DNA of 64,000 nucleotides, taken from Zygnema circumcarinatum SAG 698-1b (taxonomy: Eukaryota; Plantae; Zygnematophyceae). The notes beneath the pieces are model-generated. The model was not told the origin of the DNA, made no database searches, and was given only the letters and a program-made list of their open reading frames with translations. Positions 54,110 through 64,000 of this stretch are shown here, one piece after another (positions within the stretch are counted from its first letter, which is position 1; every line of letters begins with the position of its first letter). The position numbers and the translations under genes are program-made. The stretch is taken from contig CM074811.1 of the NCBI GenBank assembly GCA_037447605.1, positions 1,736,001 to 1,800,000 of the forward strand, in the 5' to 3' direction.

Positions 54110-54266
54110 GCCTGCGGACTGGTCGTCCAAAATATCACGGCCAATCGCGCCACGGCGCGGAGCGAGGGAGGGAGGAGAGCGCCCGCCCTCCCTCCCTCCC
54201 GCCTTAGCCAGGTTGGAGCCATGGCTGCCTTCCCGCCCGTCGGGCTGAGAGCATGAAGGCCGTCTG

Positions 54267-55461
54267 ATGGAAATGACGGAGGTCATGCGAAGCACGTGGC
54301 TGCGGGCTGTATATTACCTCGGTTGTTTCGCAGCTACGGCCTTTGTTGCTTACACAGTAGGGCTGAACTCCAGCCGGAATGGGGGGGATCAGACTCGGAG
54401 TGGTTTGCCTGGAGGGGATTCGGAGAGCCTCAGTGAGAAGTACAGACAGGAGCTGTCGATGTTTACAGAAATGAATGTTAGTTGTGCGGATCAGGTGCCG
54501 TTGGAGGACGTGAAGGACCTGATTGTGAACAATGTATTTGAAGGTGTTTGGCCATATTCCAACTTTCCTCGTGATGGTGAGTCTGAAAATTCTGATCAGG
54601 TCGTCCTTATTAGTATTTTTTTGGATTTATGAGGCTCTCGGGTGCTGTTGTTTCGTGGCCCCCACCCCTTTCTCCCCTCCAGACCCCCCTATCCCTTTCT
54701 TGTTTCTCAATAATCCTAGATTTGTATTTTTTGAAAATATTCTACAGCAATCTTTACAACCTGTGTGAATAGACTTGAATGGTTGTTAGGAGTAATCTAT
54801 TAGCTTGCCTTTCCTTCCAAGTATGCTGTCCGTAGTGGCCCAATGAAATTGATGGGATGCCAATACTGGAGAGGCAGATTTGCAAGGTGTGCTGAAGGCG
54901 TCGTTTCTTCACGGCTGGGACTCCCAAGGCACCGTCTTTCGGAGACTAATAATGGAAACGAAGCCACAAGTGATCTTGGAACTGGGCACATTCTTAGGAG
55001 CGTCAACCATCCACATGGCAACTGTGTCACGGGAGCTGGGCCTGAAGCCCCTTATTCTATGTGCAGACGACTTTCGAGGATGGATTTCCCAAGAAAAGAG
55101 AGTTAGGAAAATTCCGCGACTCGGCGGATTTTCTCTTTTGCTTGATCAGTTTATGCAAAATGTTGTAGCGTCCGGTTTTAATGACACGATTCTGCCTCTG
55201 GCCTTCAGCACCCTTCACAGCATCCCGAGCTTATGCAGCTTCGGCGTCAGTGCAGACTTGATAGAGGTGGATGCGGGGCATACTTTCCTTGGCGCGTGGA
55301 TAGACATCAACAATGCGTATGCCCTGCTGAGTCCCAAGGGGGTCATGTTTGGGCATGACATCAACAAGTGGGGTGTCTCGCATGCGGTCAAGCTCTTTGC
55401 AGAACGAAAGGGACTCGAGGTCGAAAAGGACGGCAAGCATTGGATACTTCGAAAGACATAA
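54267..55461 (+). CDS. Class I SAM-dependent methyltransferase (Methyltransf_24-like) with N-terminal membrane anchor, 2 exons, ~297 aa
   Basis: Exons 54267-54576 and 54878-55461. Hydrophobic YYLGCFAATAFVAYTVGL near the N-terminus; motif I ILELGTFLGASTIHM, LCADDFRGW, DQFMQNV, DLIEVDAGH, GVMFGHD. Confidence 0.88.
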
Positions 55462-56190
55462 TGGTTAAAAAAAATAGCAAGATAGGCCGAGTGATCTACG
55501 GCCGATTGCCTTATTATTTTTTGTGATGGTTTGGGCGGTTTAAGGGAGGCCTACAGTGGACACGGAGGTGGACATGGAGATGTTCGTCGAGTCCTGAGTT
55601 CAGCTGTGGACGAGTCTGCTTTATGTGATTGGTGTTGCTGGTGTCAATGCATGAATGGCACAATTGAGGCCCTAGAAACTGGGAACGGAGAATCATGAAA
55701 AAGGAACAAGAAACAAGAGGTCACACCAGAGCCTATAAGAAACCACCTTTGATTCTCCAATTCTTCCTCAGTACAAGCTTAAATGCGTACGAGTCAGGTA
55801 TCATGGCTTCAGACTAATGAATGCTACTAAACGAAGGGGCTCTTGGCCCGTCCATGCAATAGGACATGAGGCGGGTCTATCGCAATCCTAGAAGCGTGGA
55901 GATTGTAGGCGGAACCATAGCCGAACTTCCAGGCGGCATCTGCTCTGAAAGTGATGTGGAGGACGTGCTTGGCCACTCCACTTCCTGGATTCGAACGACC
56001 TCTGACTGCTTATCTATTAGCTGTCCGCTTCTGTACAGTAAATGTGCTGACCGCGTGACGCCCTCCCCATGCTCCTTTCGACCACAAAGATATCAAGCTT
56101 GTGAGCTACTCCTCACTACTTCCATCCCTTTGTTGAAGAAGGGCAATTCCAAAACACTCTCCCAACACAGTCACTTGCAATAACTCATAA

Positions 56191-59100
56191 TCAGAGGTGT
56201 GAGCCGGGCTCTCTTTGGAGCGAGGACATTCCCCCTCTCCCAATGAAGCCAATTCGGGCAGTGCCACCACGGGAGAGAGAAGAGGGACCTGGTAAACCTG
56301 CAAGTTGAGGGGAAGGTTGGAGAGTCTGACTGCTTGCACCGCCTGTAGGAGCTGGCGGGGGGGGCGGATGTTCTGTGCGGTTCATCTCCGCCGCATATAA
56401 AGTAGCTGGAAGAAGGGCCATGCACAAAACCAATGACCCGGGTCAGCTGAGCCACTCTGATGTACTCCAGGCTGCAGGAGATGAGTTCAGCCAGAAGAAT
56501 CCCAATAAAAATGCTCAACTATGAAAAGAATGATTGGCCCGCAATCATTGGCAAGGGGCTCCCACTGCGCAGCTCTTGGGGATTGCAATTGAAAGACTAA
56601 TGCATAAAGTAACGTCACTATGCGTACGCTACAAGTTGCAAAACAGATTGACATAAAGGGAATGCTGGGAAGTTTTTCAAATCGTGGAAGGCCAATGCAA
56701 AATATCTGGCCTAAGTCGAGTGGAGGCATTAGACTACACTACAGTCATCACACGCTAATAAATGAAATTCTAAGGAATAATTCTATTCTATGAATGATTG
56801 ATGAGATATGCCTCATTGAGAATGCCTTTAGACGATGCTTGTCCACTGTAAAACAAAGCATAAACATGCTATCGTAGGCATCATTCAAACGATCAGCACG
56901 TTAAAGCCATGTTGCAAAAACAAGACTATGCATGAAAACTATAGAACTATAAAATGAAGCATAACCCTTCAACACCTTCCATCAGCCTCCAAATTCCCGC
57001 ATATACATGCACTTTTTTCAATAGAAGAAACTCACCTCGCTTCTTGCCAAGAGAGGCGATATTCCTTAAGCAGATGCTGAACTCCTCCAGCACCGCCCTC
57101 TCCTGCTTAGCGTACAGCTCTGCACCATAATCCCTGTCTACTCTAAACCTTCCGTCTAACGGAACAGGAGGAGACGATGTCATAAACAAACTATCTTGCT
57201 CATCGCACATGAGGGCCAGTGTCCCTGGTGACACCGCCCTCCTTAGCCCCTCTCCTTCAGGTTCCTCTTCCTCTTGTGACCCATCATCTGCATTGCTTTC
57301 TTTCAACAGAACTCCAGCCTGTTTCTCCTTACACTCTCCCTCTGAATGCACTTCTCCAACATCCTTCTGTCCTAAATCCACATCTCCTACTTGCTCTACT
57401 CCTAAATCCGACGCAGCTTGGATGCTGCTCTTTTTTCCGTTTGCTATATCCAAGGCATTTCCAGCAGCCGTCGGGCCCATAGGCTGTGTCTTTGACAGCC
57501 GATCTAGGGCTGTCCTCCGACCCCTTGGCGGAGGAGTGGCTGCATATGATGACTCTCCAGGTACCTCCATTCTATTAGGAATTGCAGGCGTAGAAAGCCT
57601 TCGATCTGCCAGTTTGTAAGAACACAAATTCTGGTCAGAAACCAAAACCATTGCATGATTCTTTAATATGTAAACGTAGAAGACAGATATCCATATCATG
57701 CGGCCGTCAAATCGCTCAGTAGTCCTCAGAAGTGATGTTGCCTAACAGCAGCAAAAGGCCATCGTCAACTCATAGTCGTCTGAAATACTTGAGTCGCAAT
57801 CAGCCCAAGTGCGGGACCTGCTTGACGTGGTCCTAATGCCTAGAAACCTACCCTTGACTCTGGACACCATCATTCCAAAAATTTGACTGAAGTTGCACTC
57901 CGAAGTTAGAGACCTTACAATTCTTACTCTGGAGCCCGAGGGTAACCTAGACAAACACATAGCTCACGACTGGCGCCCTTCGAATTGCAGAGCAATCTGA
58001 AACACATTGAGCTCACACTTACATATAAAGGCTTAATCTGCCTTTTACACAGGTTAACTGGCGTCACTCACCCACAAACTTTCTTGCTAATTCTGCCGTT
58101 ACAATAGCCAGCAGTTTGCAGAGATTTTGTACGGCCTCGGGCTTCACCACTCCCAGCAAAAGGGATCTGCAGCACGCAGCAGTAAATGCCCATGATGAAA
58201 TTAAGCCAATAAACTTAACGCTTTCGTAGTAACGTTGGATAAGCTTAAGACTGCAGTCTAATTTTCTCAATAGACAGCATAAGTATCAGCCACATGGCAC
58301 GAGGTAAAGAAATCCATTTTCAAACGAAGGACGAGAATGATGTGTCAAACATACAAAGTAACATTTATTATCTTTGAGAACCCTCAACCCCTATCGAAGC
58401 CAAAAAATCACATAGCAGATTGGGCAGTTACACTTGGTAACTCTCGCTCCTGTGAAGGAAAGCGCGTTTGAGTGACGGATTTTTTAACTTTTTTCTTCAA
58501 TTGTTTTACAATGGACTTCTTTTTCAAAGAAAATCACCAAAAGCTAATAATAGAAATAACATCGCTCTGAAGGTCGAATGGCCAAACACTTCCGCAGCAA
58601 TAGCTGTTAAAACATTTACTTTCCTAAGTGACATCTGCCATCCACCATAATCCCTCCCATCACTGTTTGTAACTTGTCTACTCCAGCAGGGCCCCAAACA
58701 CTGAAGGGACCCAAGATTATATAGTATTCGATAATGACCACAAATAATGTGCAGCGCTTACCTTATTCAACTGAATGCAATCTTTGCGTGCCATGCAGTT
58801 TGGTAAGATCCGAACCCAAGCAAATGCCAACAAAATTATAGCTGCTAAGCAGGCTACAGTGAGTTTGTAAGGCTTACTTGGTACTTTGCGGACATGGCCC
58901 AGGAACGTTGGACGATTCTGGAAAAGGAGGCAGCGACATCTGCTTCATCGGGGCATCGTTTGGAGGTAAATTTCGTTGGATATCCACAGGCTACATTGAG
59001 GAAGAGTTTGTCAGGATATGCAAACGAATCTTTGCACCTACCATCAAAATGCTTTGCAATCAGAACGAGCAGCACTGGACACAAACGGTAGATCAGGAAC

Positions 59101-61296
59101 AGCCACTTGTCATAACGAGGACGTAATGATCTTTGAAAATTGATAAAGCTGGCAAGTCAACAAGACATGAAAACAAAAGCTTTGACAACAGCTGTTTCGT
59201 GCTCTCATTTTGGACCAGCACTACAAGCTACAAACAACTAGACCATCAAAGTCGATTCTCACCATTGAATCGACTCCAATCGCATTTCCATTCAACTGCG
59301 GTTTTGCTGCAGACCCCACAGTTCTGTCCGCAACCCGTGGCTTCTTGGAGGGCGGCGGTGATGGTGAAGAGTATGGAACGAGAGGAGGACTAGTAGGCTT
59401 AGGGGCAACAGTGGTTGAAGGCAAGTCAGTGTACAGGGGAGGTCGATCGGCACCGGTAGTATCATGATTCTTGCAATCAATGCACTTGCAGTTCTCGGAG
59501 CACAAAATGTTTGCTTGGAAGCATTCACAGTACTTCTTCAAACACCCAGACTTCTTGCAGTAACACCCTTTGTTGTGCTTTCCAAAGTGGTTTTCAGAGA
59601 CCTCCTGCGTACCAAAAGCAAGTCATAAACCGTTACGGCTTGTTAATCGACAGTTAATGAGTCATCCATCAACTCCAGACAGCTTGCAGAGCTTATAGAG
59701 CTTTAGTAATAAAAGAACCCTTATAAAGGAGGCTGGCACGGCAACAGAAGCAACATCCTGAACATCACTGTCATGCAGTTTACAAGGGTCAGCACCAAAG
59801 TTTCCAAAAAATAATCAAGAACCCTGCTGAATGGTGAATTGCTGAACCAATTGAGATCTGATCAGAAACGCCTCACTTGAAGGAATGAGAAGGGTTAGGT
59901 TCATAACACATGTAGTATACTTGCACTAATCCTAGATCGAACGCCCATTCTACTTGTGATTATGCTATACTTGTGTGCTAGGCACACATAGCTACTGCTA
60001 GTAGCACATTAGTATGTGCTACTGACATATTGTCGCATACCTAACAATTTGGCAAATACATCCCAAGCTCGTCAGCAAATGCCTCTGACAACATAACACT
60101 GCACTTATCGATATGCTGAGCATGAGTTGCCGACTGCAGAACAAGAGGGTATCGCGACTCCAAAATCCTTCCAAAAACAAGCGGGAGCAGCATCGCCTAT
60201 CTGGTGCAGCTGCATACATACCGGTCTCTGATCGCGTACAACATTGTTGGCAGAGCTATTTGCAATCTTTGGGCGAAAAGCATTGGGATTGCGTTCCAAA
60301 GTTGCCTCTACTGCCTCCTGGCGCACGTTCTCAAACTCAGAATTGTTATGGCAGTTCACGCAATTACAGCCGTCACAGTAAGTCCCAGAAGCAAAGCATT
60401 CGCAGTATCTGCGAAAGAGATCGCCAACAAGTCAATCAACAAAGCGTAAGTCACAGACTACGCTAAAACTTGACACGTTGTGACCAAGCAACAAATCTAT
60501 CATGTTTCGTGCAGAAATTAGAAATCTCGTTAGCAAGAAGAAACTATATATGAATCTGGCCAAGAAAAGGCATGCGAGAGCATGTGCAAGAAAGTAACTC
60601 TAATGAAAGGTTCAATGATTTCCACCCATTGGAACCTACAGCTTAAGGCAACGCGAATTCTTGCAGTTGCACTGCTTGGGCTTCTTAGGAGTTTGATGCT
60701 CCATGGCACGGGAGCCAGTCAAAACCTTCCTGCGTACACGTAAGAACGTTTCTCCATGTGAAAAAGGTGAAAAGGAGATAAAATTAGCTATATGCTACAA
60801 ACCAACGGCAAATACGAGACTACACAAAAGGAGGCCCTGGCCCCTACAAAGTCTTCACCATTCAAACCTTGAAGCCCATCAGCAAAAACCGAAAACCAAC
60901 TAGCTGCAAGTCAGCGTGCAATAATTTGCATGGGCGAAGATACCGCCTCAAGCTGAAGGACGGAAACGTACAGCGGGGCTGACCTTAAATAGACAAGAAA
61001 ACTAAGTTCCAAGAACCATTCGTTTTCCACTTGCAGATTGCGTAAAGGCATGTCCTGGAAAGAAATACGGACCCTGTGGCTGAGTCGAAGGGGAGTGCGT
61101 AATAAGAGTGCTGAGGATTACTTCGAAAAGAAACGTCAGGGGCTGGTTGTGGATACGCTGCCATTGACGCAAAATCCAATTGCCTTGATGGCTTCCTAAT
61201 TGGTCCATTCACGTTCATCGGCGAAGTCGAAAAGAATCCATGCGAAGCAGCTTGAGCCTGCTGTGGGACCATCTGTCCAACAATAAGCCTGTCCAT
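56191..61296 (-). CDS. Tesmin/TSO1-like CXC (CRC/CPP, LIN54-like) transcription factor, 8 coding exons, ~594 aa
   Basis: Exons 61073-61296, 60640-60729, 60222-60408, 59263-59604, 58878-58939, 58072-58166, 57036-57605, 56191-56405. CXC1 [21 protein letters not shown], hinge [13 protein letters not shown]2 [32 protein letters not shown], plant C-terminal [13 protein letters not shown] and [12 protein letters not shown]. Start codon and last exon are less certain. Confidence 0.9.
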
Positions 61297-61859
61297 AACC
61301 CGGTGGTGGAAAGCTAACTGGCATCGTTCTTCCAACAAAACTAAAACAGACGACCACTCATTCGTTCCCAAAATCCAGAACATGACTCCGAACGACCAAA
61401 CACAAACCCGTCATCAACGCAGACGCCCATGCCGCATCAAGAAGTGAACAGCAGCAGTATGTCGACGACGAAACCTCACCGTGGCGACGGACCTTGCATG
61501 CAGGACTGCCTTCCTTGGGTACCATTCTGACCAGGTTCTGCTGCTGTCTCCCCTGCCGCGCGCGGGCCCGCCCTCCCCCTGGGCACGGGCGCCATGGCCT
61601 GCCTCCCTCCCTCCCTGCCTGCCTCTGCCTGCCTGCCAGCCAGCCCTAACCAGGAGGGTGGCTACTCGGGTCTTGGGTCGTTCGTAGGCGCCTTCCCGCC
61701 CCGCTTTGAACGAACCCAGGTTCAAACTTTCAGCCGGCGCCTCCGCACGTGTGTGGGAGCGTCCTCCGCCGTCCGATCGCCGCGATGCGCCCCGCGACCG
61801 CGATAAGGTGAGGGGATCCGTTGGGGGTCGCAGTGGTGGGCGTGGGGACGACCATGGTT

Positions 61860-61970
61860 CATGTGCTCGTGTGGAGGAACAATGTTGTACATGACTGTGG
61901 GGAGCCGTGCACCATGCGCTCGTGTGGAGGAACAATGGTGTACATTACTGGGGAGCCATGCACCATGTGC
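61860..61970. repeat. Imperfect ~52-bp direct tandem duplication
   Basis: catgtgctcgtgtggaggaacaatgttgtacatgactgtggggagccgtgcac followed by catgcgctcgtgtggaggaacaatggtgtacattactggggagccatgcac. Confidence 0.88.
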
Positions 61971-62170
61971 AGAAGAAGGAGATGGGCCGACTGCTGACGG
62001 TAGAAAGGCAGAAGGTGTGGAAGACCCAAGAAACCACGTGGAAACGAAGCGAGAAAGAGGACGCAATCCTACTTCTTTATCGGTTGTGTCTTCCAGATTT
62101 CCATTTGAAGTTGCATGATGGTGCAGGATGGCCGTGGGAGTGCACAACATGGCGCAATGAGGCCAAAGCG

Positions 62171-62374
62171 AACCAAGCCAAGCCAAGCCAAGCCAAGCCA
62201 AGCCAAACCAAGCCAAACCAAGCGAAGCCAAGTCAAGTCAAGTCAATCCAAGCCAGGTCAAGTCAAGTCAAGCCAAGCTAAGTGAAGCCAAAGCAAGCTC
62301 TAGACTAGCTCTTGACTAGCCTAGCCTAGCTTAGGATAGCTTAGCTTAGCCTAGCCTAGCCTAGCCTAGCCTTA
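62171..62374. repeat. Compound pentamer array (CCAAG > TCAAG > CTAAG > CTAGC), ~40 units
   Basis: Directly visible 5-bp periodicity with progressive change of unit. Confidence 0.92.
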
Positions 62375-62557
62375 GGGCGGACATGCGCCGCGGCGGGCGC
62401 CTCTTTTTGACAGCGCTTGCTCCTGGTGGACTGGGCGGGGCTGGGCTGCAGTAAGGGCAGGCGAGGGCAGGGCAAGGGAGAGGCGCGGATTGACTGACTG
62501 CAGGCAGGCAGGCAGGCGGGGAGGGAGGGAGCTTGGGACTACCGCGCAGCCGCCGCC

Positions 62558-63798
62558 ATGGCGCTCCGCGTGGTCAATCCCAATGCAGAGTCCATTGGAA
62601 AGTCAGCAGCGCTTTTCATGAACATCAACGCCGCCAAAGGGCTGCAGGATGTTCTCAGGTCGAACTTGGGTCCCCGGGGGACCATTAAGATGTAAGAGTC
62701 CATTCTTTTCCACCTTCAGTAGTGCTGGTGCTCCGTCGTCCTGGCGCAATACTGCATCTGGTTACTGTAGATCAAGGCCAGTCCTGCAATCTCTTCCTTC
62801 AAAAGTGTGTCGACGGGCCGCGGCTGAAACCGCAATTGCTTTCACTTGAGGTGGATAATTAGGTTTAGCGGGGCACAAGAAATCCGGTTGGCAATTCTGT
62901 TGATTTTGCCGCGTTTGCAGGCTTGTTGGAGGCTCAGGGGATATAAAGCTAACGAAAGACGGAAACACCCTCCTTCGAGAAATGGTAGACGAAATCTCTC
63001 TACAATTTCTTATTTGTACCTTTTCCGCATGATTCTGGTTTTGCAGTTTTGATCCTGACCGTTTAAAGTTTCAAAGGGTTTTGGAATTTGTGAATTCAGT
63101 TCAGGAAAGTTACACTTAATGAACAGTTTTGGTTGTGCTGGAAATCCCCAACTTTTATGTGCCATAGCTGATGCACATCTTCTTTATGTTCTAGCGTTTT
63201 TAAAGAAGAACGTAAGCATTCTACAGGATCAGACAGGTTCGTAAGGGTTCTCAGTATCTTCTTTTTATTTTCTCTGAACCTCCCTCCCTCCCCCCCTCCC
63301 TCCCTGCAGCAAATACAAAACCCCACAGCAATCATGATTGCTCGGACTGCCACAGCCCAAGACGACATAGCAGGAGATGGAACAACTTCAACGGTGCTTT
63401 TGATCGGGGAGATTATGAAGCAATCGGACAGGTTTATCAGTGAAGGTACGAGAACAACTTAACTGCAGGTGATTGCCCTCTTCTGTCGAAGAGTTATGCG
63501 TCTTTTTAAGTTGACCAAGTTTCTTTGCTCGTAGTTGCGTAGAGACGACTACTTCTACTACTACTAGTTGGATTAGAGTAACTGTTGGCCCAACCTCAAA
63601 ATATGTGAAGCTATAACTGACTTGCTGCACTTTGTATTGGCTCCAGGAATGCATCCTCGGCTACTTTGTGATGGGTTCGAGGTAGCGAAGAAGGCAACGT
63701 TGCAATTTTTGGAAACCTTCAAAACCCCGGTGGTGATTGCTGACAGCCCAGACAAAGAGATGCTGAGGATGGTGGCAAGAACAACTTTGCGGACTAAG
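62558..63798 (+). CDS. CCT6: T-complex protein 1 subunit zeta (CCT6), 3'-partial
   Basis: ATG in GCCGCCATGG. Exons 62558-62691, 62921-62984, 63310-63445, 63647-63798; continues beyond the window. [79 protein letters not shown]. Confidence 0.96.
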
Positions 63799-64000
63799 GT
63801 CAGAACCTGGCTCAAAAGGAATGATTTGCGTCCTTAACGCCAAGAGATTGCTTGAACATGTGCCTTATTTTTAATGACCCTCGTTGACAGGAACATGTCA
63901 TACTGTGTGATGAACGTCGCTTGCAGTACGGAACCATACAAACCTAACGTAGACCGGACAACAATCCATTCTTTAGGGGGTACATACCTATGCGACAAAG

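Overview
Eukaryotic, intron-rich nuclear DNA with plant-type proteins and a 100-N scaffold gap at 36761-36860. It is probably a streptophyte green alga or early-diverging plant (inference from protein similarity plus GC-rich exons and SSR-rich introns). Manual splicing gives about 11 genes: FARSB (+, 5'-partial); a 59-exon GCN1/ILITYHIA (-, ~2651 aa, four GC-AG introns); a hidden spliced bacterial-type OsmC-like dithiol peroxidase gene (-, 5' end lost in the gap, not visible as one ORF); ABCF4 (+); a J20-like plastid DnaJ (-); a Cys-rich orphan ORF (+) behind a dense W-box cluster; a CDB1L-like plastid protein (-); ESS2/DGCR14 (+); a membrane-anchored SAM methyltransferase (+); a TSO1/LIN54-like CRC-domain factor (-); and CCT6 (+, 3'-partial). 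The most notable observations are the OsmC-like gene between GCN1 and ABCF4, strong exon-to-exon GC3 mosaicism in GCN1 linked to flanking simple repeats, enriched GC donors and purine-rich acceptors, an exitron-like insertion in ABCF4, and homotypic cis-element clusters (W-box, ABRE, MSA, GTAC) in divergent promoters. No tRNA, rRNA, CRISPR or intact transposon was recognised. All homology calls come from recalled family motifs, not database searches.
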